A DNA stretch of 64,000 nt, from assembly GCA_977017575.1 (NCBI GenBank), contig CDRNVI010000179.1:17396-81395 (forward strand). Direction: 5' to 3'. Positions 1 to 10,098 of the stretch are shown one piece after another. The DNA is from Paramoeba atlantica (taxonomy: Eukaryota; Protista; Discosea). Within the stretch, counting starts at the first letter, position 1. Each line of letters opens with the position of its first letter. The notes under the pieces are model-generated. The model saw nothing but the letters and a program-made list of their open reading frames with translations, made no database searches and had not been told where the DNA came from. A program made the translations under genes and the position numbers.

Positions 1-88
1 AATTATTTGAATTTCATTTTTTTATTATTTTTTTTTCTGGGAGATCTGTTGGGGATATTACGAAACCCATCATTAAATTGATATTGTT

Positions 89-1620
89 TTACTCGTGCTC
101 CAAAGTCTTGGTTTGGAGCTTGCCATCTGCGGTCACTGTGGTCACAAATTGTTCAGGAACTGGAAGTTCGACGTGATCATCACCTTTGGGGAACATAACA
201 TTCACGGAATCGCACTTGGAGGTGACAATTTGCGCATCCAATGAAGCCTTGGAGAGAATAATTTGGACAGAGGAAGCTTTGTCAACAGCAAAGTTAGGGA
301 TCTTTCCTTGGGATTGAATGTTGACGCTCTGGCTGTTCACGATCTCACATCCGGAAATAACATCCTGGAAGACAACACCAATACGCTTGCCACTATCAAT
401 AATGACACCGTTAACCTTTCCGGGAATCTGGACAGTGGATCTTTCACATTTGTACATGTAAACAGAGTGCTTGGCTTCGATTTGATCCGCAGGGATGGTG
501 AGGTTTTGGTTGTTCTCGTGAAATTCCTATTAAAAAAAAAAAAATCAACTCAATATTGGATTCTTGAAGAGGAGAGAGAGAGAGAGAGAGAGATAAAGAG
601 AAAAAAAGAAAGAGAAAGACTTACAATGACCCATTTGTTTCCTTCCAAGACAGGTCCCTTGGGGTCATGTTTCTTAGCAACAGCTCCAAACTTGGGTTTT
701 GCGGCGGGTTCCTTCTTGGGGGCACTCTTGACAACACCACCAGCACGAAGTTCAGGGTTCTTGTGGGTTTGCATGTCCCTGGTGACTTTCTTCAAACCCG
801 AGGTAATTGCACCTCCCTTATTCAAGGAAGCAAACAAAGCAGAGGTATCACCACCACCAGATTTGGCTGGAGCAGCAGCGGCAGCAGGAGGAGGAGGTCC
901 GGGAGGAGGAGGTCCAGGAGGAGGAGGTCCACCAGAAGGAGCAGCAGGAGCAGCGGCACCACCGAGCCCACCGAAATTCCCTCCCTTAGCGTTCCAGGAA
1001 AGACCAGTGGTATGATGTTGTTTGATGTATTTTTGCATCTCGTTCAAAAAGTCTTTCAATTGATTGCACCAGTTAACATGATCTTCGTCTTTTCCCTTGT
1101 ACATTTTCAAGATCTTGTTGCTCCAGAAGAGAGAAGCATCGAGAGCCTCCTTCACGAAAGGACCAGGGGTTGGGGAAACCGCGACCCAGCTGGAATAAGC
1201 ACCAGCTTCACTGAGGGTGGACAAATGCTCCCATTGTTTATCTCTGCGGTTTTTCTCTCGAAGTTCCTTTGCTTCCTTGGCGGCACCAGACAAAGCCCCA
1301 CAAGCTGCAAGGAACTGATCCATTGGTGGTTGCTTGCTACGGGAAGCAGCATTAATCGCCTTGCGAATTTCTCCATTCACAATTGCAAACTGAGCAACTT
1401 GGGCTTTCAAGTTGTCACCTCCAATTTTGTCGGTAGTGGCGGAAAAGGGAGCGAAAAACCCGGCGATCAGGTCATCCCAAGCTTTGGCAGCAGCAGAATC
1501 CTCACCTTCAGCAACAGGAGCAGGTCCAGCACCACCACCACCACCAGCGAGCTTGCCTTCGAGAGCTTCGAGGCGAGCGGTGATTTGTTCAAGACGAGAA
1601 AGGATTTGATCGGCAGACAT
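89..1620 (-). CDS. CAP: Adenylyl cyclase-associated protein (CAP/Srv2), 2 exons (1620-625, 526-89), ~477 aa
   Basis: N-terminal coiled coil (ILSRLEQITARLEALE), helical folded domain, poly-Pro stretch, WH2-like ALFASLNKGGAITSGLKKVT, C-terminal CARP domain ending KTLEHE. A phase-0 GT-AG intron at 624-527 joins KWVI|EFHENN in frame. Confidence 0.96.
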
Positions 1621-1711
1621 GATTGTTGTGGTTCACAAAGACTGGAAACAAACACACAAAAAAAAAAAACAAAAAAGTTTACGAGCCCAAAATGAGGGCC
1701 CTTTTTTTCCG

Positions 1712-1719
1712 TGACGTCA
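1712..1719. promoter_or_regulatory. TGACGTCA palindrome (CRE/bZIP-like site) ~90 bp upstream of the CAP start
   Basis: Exact 8-bp CRE consensus in the proximal upstream region; function not shown. Confidence 0.25.
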
Positions 1720-2738
1720 GAGAGTCATGAATTGATTTTCGAGGTTTAAAAAACCAATTTTTGTTCTATTTGCGGTTTAAAAAAGGTTAAATTTTTTGGC
1801 TGATTTGCGTGGCTCTTTTTTATTTATTTCTTGCTCTTTTTTCTTGGAACCGCGAATTGTTTCGATGAATCCAAAATGAAAATAGAAACTTTTTCTTGGT
1901 CTGGCTGACTTTGTTCAAAGAAGTTGGACCACCACACTCTGTGTTGGTTCTTTTTTTCTTCTTTTTCTTCTTTTTTTTCTTTTTCGAAATGAAAGAGATT
2001 TTATTTTAAAATTCTTCTCTTCATTCCAGGAAGGTTTCCACCGCCATCACCACCTTTCAATTTTTTGAAATTAAAAAGATGGATTTGCGTTTCTTTCGTG
2101 GTCTCTGAAAGAGAAAAGACAGAGTAGAGAAGAGAGAAAGAGAAGAGAGAAGAAGATAAAGGGGAAAAAAATGAGGTTTAAAAAGACAAGAGAGGAGAAG
2201 ATATCTGGAAGAGAGCAAAGGAAGGGGACCAGCTTGATCGGAGAACAAAATGTCTCTCTTGTCTTTCTTTTTGTCTTTTCAGGTTTTCTTTCTCTTCGTC
2301 TCAATTTTTTTCTTCTTCTTCTCTCTTCTTTCTTTTTTCCCTTTTCACTCTCTTTTCTCCTTTTTTTTCTCTTTTCTTCTCCAATCAAATCTGACAATTT
2401 GGAGATTTCAAAAAAAAAAGGACTCCAATGAGTTTGGGGGAAAAGAGAAAAGAGTGAGAGATAGAAGAATGATGAAATCGTTTCTTTTTTTGTTGCCTTT
2501 CCGTTTTTCTGGCTGAAAATTTTTCTCCTCCAAACAAGAGCTGTCAAAACCGAAAAAAGTTGCCCAAAACTTTATTCAAGTGGGAGAATTCAAATGGGAA
2601 AAAAAAAGATGATACATTTTGAAAGAACTTTTGAATTCAATAAATGAAACACCAACAAGAGCCAGAGACAAAAAAAGATTGAAATGAACAATTTTATTCT
2701 TTTGAAATTTGAATGGTGGAAAATAAATTCTCAATTGC

Positions 2739-3320
2739 TCATACACGTCCGGTACCCTTACACTTCATGCACTTGGCTTTGAGGTATCCACTACCGCTAC
2801 AATTGGTGCCGCGTTTACATGTTCCTTTCCCTTTGCAGATGTGGCAAAGGCGATTTCCACGACCATTACATCCCTTGCATGGTAAACTGCTCTTCTGTGA
2901 AGCTTGAACCGAGGCGGCTCCACTACTACTCGAGGCTCCACTACTACTCGCAGCAACACTCCCCCCTATGCGTCCGGTACCCTTACACTTCATGCACTTG
3001 GCTTTCAGGTATCCGCTACCGCTACAATTGGTGCCGCGTTTGCATGTTCCTTTCCCTTTGCAGATGTGGCAAAGGCGATTTCCACGACCATTACATCCCT
3101 TGCATGTTGAACTGCTTCGTGAAGCTTGAACCGAGGCGGCTCCTCCCAAGTCCGAGTCATCACTAAGATCACCATCACTGTCATCACCACTCAGCTCCCC
3201 ATCTAAAAGATTTTCTATCTCCTCAATTGTCTGTTGCAAGTCATCCTCAGGTGGACTTTCCTTGACACCGAGTTCCTCAAGAAGAGCGTCCAAATCCACA
3301 TCGTCACCCGAATCTGCCAT
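2739..3320 (-). CDS. Intronless acidic protein with two DnaJ-type CxxCxGxG zinc-finger modules and no J domain (193 aa)
   Basis: ORF with Asp/Glu-rich N-terminus and two near-identical modules CKGCNGRG-CHICKGKG-CKRGTNCSGSG-CM/KCKGTG. Confidence 0.85.
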   Translation of the reverse strand: MADSGDDVDLDALLEELGVKESPPEDDLQQTIEEIENLLDGELSGDDSDGDLSDDSDLGGAASVQASRSSSTCKGCNGRGNRLCHICKGKGTCKRGTNCSGSGYLKAKCMKCKGTGRIGGSVAASSSGASSSSGAASVQASQKSSLPCKGCNGRGNRLCHICKGKGTCKRGTNCSGSGYLKAKCMKCKGTGRV

Positions 3321-3903
3321 TGATCAAAGAAACGAAACTACAAAATGAAAAAACAATTACTCGTTCGGTTCTTCGAAAAAAGCGGGGAAAATAAAGAAAG
3401 TTTTTGTTTTTCACCTCAAAACTGAATTTTTCACCTCAAAAACTCAAAATGAATTTTTTTTCACCCGCACACCTCAACCAGATCTCTCCTTTTTTGGTTC
3501 TCCCTGTCCCCCACTCTAAGGCGCCTCAAACGGCCAAACCCAAAAGTTTCGCGTCGTTGTTGGAAACAGAGACGCGAAACTTTCTTTTTATTTTTTGGTT
3601 TTCTCGATGGATCCAATGTAAAAAATAGAAACTTTTTCCTGATCTCTGTTTTTATGGCTCAATTTTTTTTTCTCCTCCAAACTTGCTGTCAAAGGGTATT
3701 TGAGAAAAGGTTTAAAATAATTTAAGGTATTATTCAATTCAAATGGGAAGGGAAAAAAACGATGAAACATTTTTTTTAAAAGAACTTTTGAATTCAATAA
3801 ATGAAACACCAACAAGAGCCAGAGACAAAAAAAAGATTGAACAGTTTTATTCTTTTGAAATTTGAATGGAGGAAAATAAATTGCCAAGGTACCTTCCCAA
3901 AGA

Positions 3904-4278
3904 TCATACGCGTCCGGTACCCTTACACCTCATGCACTTGGCTTTGAGGTATCCGCTACCGCTACAATTGGTGCCGCGTTTGCATGTTCCTTTCCCTTTG
4001 CAGATGTGGCAAAGGCGATTTCCGCGACCATTACATCCCTTGCATGTTGAACTGCTTCGTGAAGCTTGAACCGAGCCTCCCAAGTCCAAGTCATCATCGC
4101 TCAGATCATCACTGTCATCATCACTGTCATCATCATCGTCACTGTCATCATCATCACTGTCGTCATCATCATCACTGTCATCATCATCATCACTGTCATT
4201 ACTCTCCAAACGACTTTCTATCTCCTCAATTTCTGCAAGAAGAGCGTCCAAATCCACATCGTCACCCGAATCGGCCAT
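3904..4278 (-). CDS. Intronless paralog with poly-Asp tract and one DnaJ-type zinc-finger module (124 aa)
   Basis: Same MADSGDDVDLDALL start and same CxxCxGxG x4 module as 2739-3320. Confidence 0.85.
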   Translation of the reverse strand: MADSGDDVDLDALLAEIEEIESRLESNDSDDDDDSDDDDDSDDDDSDDDDDSDDDSDDLSDDDLDLGGSVQASRSSSTCKGCNGRGNRLCHICKGKGTCKRGTNCSGSGYLKAKCMRCKGTGRV

Positions 4279-5339
4279 TGATCAAAGAGACGAAACTGCA
4301 AAATGAAAAAAAAAATTACTCGTTCGGTTCTTCGAAAAAAAGCGGGGAAAATAAAGAAAGTTTTTGTTTTTCACTCCAAACTGAATTTTTTCACCCGCTC
4401 ACCTCAACCAAATTTCTCCTTTTTTGTTCAGACTCGCCTCTTCTCGAAGACAGCGTTTGATGCAACAGAGGAGACGAAAAGAATGTGGAGGATTTGAAAA
4501 AAAAATTGCCCAGAGGATTCCTCAACCTTCAAACAAAATTGGCAAGTCGAAGGGGAATGACCCTCTCTCTCTCTCAAATTGACCGAACTTCTGATGTCGA
4601 ATAAATGAAGAAGAGAGAAAAGGGGAAGTCGAGTGAAAGTGAACCCACTTTGTCAGGATCACCAGATCTCCGGAAGGACAAACAAAACAAAACAAAAACA
4701 AATCAGGAAGGGATAAAATAAAGATCAGGAAAAACAAGAAAAGGGAAAATAAAACAAAAGGAAAAATCAGAAAGGAAAAGAGGGAAGGAAACGGAGAGAG
4801 AGAGGGCAGTGATCAATTGGGGGAGCAGAGCAATCAGATGGCATCAAATTGAACAGAAGACAACCGAACAGGGTTCGTAACACACTTGTGTGAGGAATCA
4901 TCCATCCTTTAGGAGGCCTGAATCCAAAGAGAAAATAATCAATCGTTTAAAAAAACCTTTTGAGGGAGGAGACCTGGGTGAAAGTTTCGAAGAAAAGTTA
5001 AAAAGAAGGAGAAATAATTCCCACTGGTAGATCACAAAGCTCTCGAAAAAGGTCGAGGGGAAGCACTGATTCGGAGAAAACAGAAGGGAAGAAATCTTTT
5101 TCTTTGCAAACAAACCCAAAGAAACCTTCGAACGCAAAAAAAAGTCAACTCCAAAATAAAATTGGCACGCAAAAAAAAAAACTTTCTTTTCTTTTTCTTG
5201 GTTGTTGTTTGTTTGGTTGTGTGGTTTTCCGTCACCTCCACACAACCTGATGGACGAATGGTTGTGTCCACCAACCCAACCGAAACTTCCCGACAGGGGA
5301 CTTTCTTTTGTTTTGTTTTGAAAAAAAGAAAATAAGAAA

Positions 5340-6401
5340 ATGATGAGCGAGATAAAGTTGATGCTGCTGTCACTACTATGTGTCCTACCCCTTTCGTCAT
5401 CCTTTGAATATGCGTCTGAACAACACTCAGCAGAAGCACTGGTGATACCCTATTGTTCAGGTCTCGACCACAACCCAAATCGTGTCCAAGTGTATTTTAA
5501 TGATGTGTACGAAACCACTCAAGTCAATTTCGCGACCTCCATTACAAGTGTTGTCCCGTTTGAACCCCTCTCATCCCCTCAATTAATGAAGGTCTATTTC
5601 CAGAATGATAATGTTAAAAATAACTGGGAATCCTTCAACTTTTCAACTGTCGAAGATCTCCTTTCCATTTCATGGGAGTCTACTGGTGGTGGCGGTTCTA
5701 TCTCTTATTGTAGTGTCCACTACTGCCTTGAAGAACCATTCATAGTTGATCCTCATTCAATTCAATTTAATGCCACAGCGGAATTCAATAGCACTGAGCT
5801 TTTTGTTCCAACCAACGTCGATCTCCCTTTACCTGGTCCCACGGGCTTCAACGGTGAAATACAAGACTTCACGTTCTCCTATGAAGCTGGAGTGGAGATA
5901 GAGCTGACACTCAAGACTCCAGGAAATACCAATCTCTTTTACTCCCAAATGGACGTCTTCGGTGCCCTCCAGCGTTATAGCTACACAATAGATTTCGATA
6001 AAGTGGAGGATAAGTCTTCAACTTTCACTATGAGGATTGGTGGATACAGTATTTGGATGGGTGAGGATAACGACCATTTTTTTCAAGGTCCTGCTGTGCT
6101 TCTCTATGTGAGGAATGTTACAAGTGAGGGATCCATTCGATTTCAAGAACATTTCAGTTTTTTTCTAATGTATGGAACTGGGCCAATCATCCTCATTTAT
6201 ATTGGACTCTTAGCTGGTGCTGGAGCTTTTATGTTTGCAGTTTTCGCTTTACTGTCTCACCACCTAAAAAAAAATTCTGCAGAAGAAACGGGAGAATTTG
6301 GAGAAGAAATGGGAGAATTTGGAGGAGAATTTGGAAAAGAAGAAGAGGAAGATGGTCCAAAAAGTCAATTTTTTTCGAATGTTGAAATAAATGAAATCTG
6401 A
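5340..6401 (+). CDS. Intronless hypothetical type-I membrane protein (353 aa)
   Basis: Hydrophobic signal peptide, several N-x-S/T sequons, hydrophobic segment GPIILIYIGLLAGAGAFMFAVFALL, acidic tail with GEFG repeats; uninterrupted ORF with coding-like composition. Confidence 0.8.
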   Translation: MMSEIKLMLLSLLCVLPLSSSFEYASEQHSAEALVIPYCSGLDHNPNRVQVYFNDVYETTQVNFATSITSVVPFEPLSSPQLMKVYFQNDNVKNNWESFNFSTVEDLLSISWESTGGGGSISYCSVHYCLEEPFIVDPHSIQFNATAEFNSTELFVPTNVDLPLPGPTGFNGEIQDFTFSYEAGVEIELTLKTPGNTNLFYSQMDVFGALQRYSYTIDFDKVEDKSSTFTMRIGGYSIWMGEDNDHFFQGPAVLLYVRNVTSEGSIRFQEHFSFFLMYGTGPIILIYIGLLAGAGAFMFAVFALLSHHLKKNSAEETGEFGEEMGEFGGEFGKEEEEDGPKSQFFSNVEINEI

Positions 6402-6459
6402 TAAAACCAAAAAAAATCTTCTCTTTCTCTTGTTTTTTTCCTGAAGGTTTTTTATTTTA

Positions 6460-9400
6460 TTATTTTTTCCCTTTTTTCTTATCTTTTTTCTTCTCTTTCT
6501 TCTCTTCATTCCAGGATCCCCCAACACCACCACCACCACCTTTCAACCGAGCATGTTCTTCACTTGCTTCTTTGGCAAAGATTGCCACTGCTTTTGAAGC
6601 AACATCAATTGCATAACGATCTTTTGAGACCACCAAAAGCTCTTCTTGATATCGTTGCTGTTGGTCTGTTTTTTTTTTGTGAGTTTTTCTTACTCAAATA
6701 AAGGAAAGAAAAAAAATTCAAACCTTTAAAAGATTCTGCTTCTTCTGATACTCCAAAGAGTTCTCTCTGAGATGCCTCCAAAGCTTTTTGTTGGGCCTCT
6801 GCTTCAAATCGCAATCTTGTTAATTTATGCATTTTCTTTTCAATCTTTCCTCTATTTGCGATCTTTCCATCCCATTCTGCCCATACTTTGCAATACCATC
6901 TTTTCCTGTAAAATACCATTAAATAGGAAAGATAAGAGCAAGTTTTTTTTGTTGTGAGTTTCGAATAAAAACACACACAAAGCGAAACAACAAAAAATAA
7001 TAACTAAATCACAAACCTTGCTTTCCCAGATGAAATTGCCTTTCTGAAAAAATTCACAGTATCTGGTGAAATTCGAACTTTGACAAGATAACGAAAATCA
7101 TCTTGTTCTTCTCGGCTCACCTCATCACAAGAACAATGGTACCTTTCTGATTGGATGGAATAGTGTCTGATCTATTTCAACAATTTTTAATTCAGAAAAT
7201 TAAGATTCGAAACCAACAAAAATTCTTTTGTATTTGCTTTTTTTAAAAAAGGAAGAAAAGAAGAATGAAAAATTAAAGAAATACCTCAGCAGTTAATGGG
7301 ACAACTTCAGGTTCCTTGATGTAAATACGATCATTTCCATCAAGATAAACATATCCGCCTCTGATCCGTTCTTGAAGTGCTGTAATTTTATCTTCAAGAG
7401 TTGAAGCGGCAAGCAATTTCTGGACAATTTCTGTGAAAAATGATTTAAGATCAAGAGAGAAGTTCAAAAAAGAAAGAAAATTTTGTTTGTTTTTTTTCAA
7501 ATCTAAAAAAAATCTGTTGAATTCAAACCTTTTGATTGGGATCCAAGTTCCTCGAGTTTATTTTCTTGGATATCATAGTGGAGAGAAATCTTTTCTTGAA
7601 CCTCTTTAAGCAGGACTTCGACTTTTTGAAGCCTCCTCAACCGAATCTGGAAGATTAGGGAGATGAGTAACTCCTACATATGCTCAAAAATAAAAAGAAA
7701 AAATAAATTTAAAAAAAATTATTTCAAAACTAGTTCAATCGCAGGGGGAAGTGGAAAAGTATGACCCATCATCGAAACAGGCCGAGATTCAAGCATTCTG
7801 AGAAGATACTCATTTCGTCCCTCAAGAGACACCCGATCCGCACTAAATCCCAAAAATAATTTAAGAAAAAGAACATCAAAACAAAAAAGGATGATGAAAA
7901 ATTGATTTCATCAAATAAAAAGAGAAAATGTGAACGTGTAAGAAGGAGAATTTTCGAGAAATGATGCAATCTCTCTCTTTCGAGACATTCTTGTGGTTAC
8001 ACTTTCAAAAAAAGCACAAGAGGTAATTTTTAACCCACCTAATTTGTGCTGTGAAAGAAACAAAGAAATTTTAACCAAAAAAATAATTCTCAAAACAAAG
8101 TAAATCATCAAATATGTCAGATTAAAAGGAAAGAAGAAAACCTCGCATTCTCTCTTCCATACATTCAGGTATGTGTTTAAAATGACAGGAATTTCTTCTT
8201 CTGTTTGAGCTTCATCCATCAACTCTTCCATTCGCCGTTGTCCAAAGTTTGGAATCGCAAGAAAAACATTTCCATGTGTAAATACAGGTTTAAAAAGGGT
8301 CTGATAGTATTTGACTGTATGAACTGTTTGCCGATCAAACCTATCATCCAAAAAGAAAACAAGTTAGTTATCCCAACAGGAATCAAAACCAAAAAAACGG
8401 GGGAAAAAAACCTATTCTGGATCCCAACAACTAAAATAACAACATGAATTTCTTTCATTTTCATTGTTTCTTCGAAAAGCCTGAAAAAAAAAAAAGAGAA
8501 AACTTGATCAAAAACTTTGGATCTTTCACCACTTTCAAAAAAATCCCAACAAAATAATAATTTAGAAACTCAAAAAGACAAACCCAATCATATGCTTGAG
8601 ATCTTCTGAAGGGTTTTGTTCTGAGAGACCTGGAGTATCCATAATATTCACTTTGACAGTTTTACCCAAGTATGTTAACCCAAATGATGTTGTGAAAGCT
8701 TCTTTACTGTTTTTTTTTTTTGAAGAAAAAGTTAGAAGGAAAAAGAGAGAGAGTAAATTTTTTTGAAAAACTCAAAAAAAACAAACAAAACAAAACCTGC
8801 AAGAAGTTGTGGGATCATCAGAAGTCTTGAAAAGAAAAAAATCTTTATCCCCCATTTTGTAAAGATAGTTTCCCAATGTACTTTTTCCAACGCCCATATT
8901 ACCAACCAAGACAACATTAATCTCAGTTTCAAACACTTTTTTCTTTTTTGGGTCTACTGGAAAGGTTTCGGGCAATGTTCGACTGTATTCTCCCGGTGCT
9001 GAGACAAACGTTGGAGTTGTTCTGACTTGTTCTTTTGTTTCTTCTGAAGTTAATGTGTTTCCATAGGGAATGGATGAAGAAGAAGTAAAAGAAGAAGAAG
9101 AAGAAGAAGAAGAAGAAGAAGAAGAAGAAGAGGCCATTGGGTTTTTTGGTGTAGCTGAAATTGAGTTCTCAGAATTTGTTTCTTCCGGGGAAAGTGATCC
9201 AAAAGGATTTGATTGAGAAGGAAGATCCGATGATTTTGATGGTGAGGTTAAGGTCTCTTTCTTAGACGAAGAAGAACTTGGTGATGATTCAGAGAATGGA
9301 TTTGAAGGATTTGTTGTTCCTGATGGTGTTGTGATAGAATTTGAGGAGTGATTGGTTAAGTTTTCAGGGGGTTTTTGATCCAAAGAACTCTTTGAACTCT

Positions 9401-9917
9401 TTGAACTTGGTCGTTGTTGTGAAGGGGGTGAGGATTCGAAAGGGTTTGAAGAAGAGACGACTGGAACTGAAGAATGTGGGGTGGTTCTAACTTTTTTTGA
9501 GGAATCAAAGGGATTTGTTGTGGAAAGAGAGTTACTTGGTTGTGTTGGAGGTTCAGAAAATGGGTTTGATTCCGCAAAAGGATTTGATTCAGAAGACCCA
9601 GAAGGGACAGTAGGAGTTGGACTCGATTCAGGAGAAGTTGGGTTGGCAAAAGGATTTGCTTCAGAAGGAGTTGCAAAAGGATTCAATTGAGAAGGTGTTG
9701 GTTCAGCAAAAGGGTTCGATTCAGAAGGATCTGGTTCAGCAAAAGGGTTCTTTTCTGGAACCTCAGAAGCAAACGGATGAACAGGGGAAGCTGTTGTTTC
9801 AAAAACCCGTGTTGTTGGAGAATCAGATAAGAGAGCAGCGGCTGGGGGAGAAGGGGAACCAGGAATTGAAGAAAAGCTTGGAGAAGTTGAAGAACTTTTT
9901 GAGGCACTTGTTCCCAT
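6460..9917 (-). CDS. Multi-exon P-loop GTPase (AIG1/GIMAP-like) with N-terminal Ser/Pro-rich NPF-repeat region, coiled coil and polybasic C-terminus
   Basis: G1 VLVGNMGVGKSTLGN, G3 VNIMDTPG, AIG1-like HVVILVV..NRF; spliced exons read in frame to LKGGGGGVGGSWNEEKKEKKKDKKKGKK*; starts MGTSASK. Confidence 0.8.
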
Positions 9918-10098
9918 TTAACGGAGATTTCGGTTTTTGGGAGAGAGAAAGAAAGGAAAACAAAAAGAAAAAAACGAAAAAAAACGTGAAAGTATTGTTA
10001 TACTATTTAAGGAATATTTCTTTTAAAGGAAATTACTTTATTTAGTTTGATATTTTGTGATTTTTTTTGGGGATTCTTGATTCTTTTTGTTTGGGTTC

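Larger units (their letters stand above)
2511..4410. repeat. Tandem segmental duplication (~2511-3460 vs ~3650-4410) carrying the two zinc-finger genes and their flanks
   Basis: Matching noncoding flanks: ttctcctccaaac...gctgtcaaa, aaagaacttttgaattcaataaatgaaacaccaacaagagccagagacaaaaaaagattga, and ttactcgttcggttcttcgaaaaaagcggggaaaataaagaaag. Confidence 0.9.

Noticed and set aside
263-1695. Plus-strand ORFs 263-1015 and 667-1695 as genes
   Set aside because: Antisense shadows of CAP; one runs through the CAP intron's simple repeats.
4500-5330. Possible small minus-strand gene (LPLDLFREL, F-box-like) and an 8-bp hairpin at 5240-5267
   Set aside because: No consistent start-exon-stop chain could be built, and the hairpin is too short to be significant.
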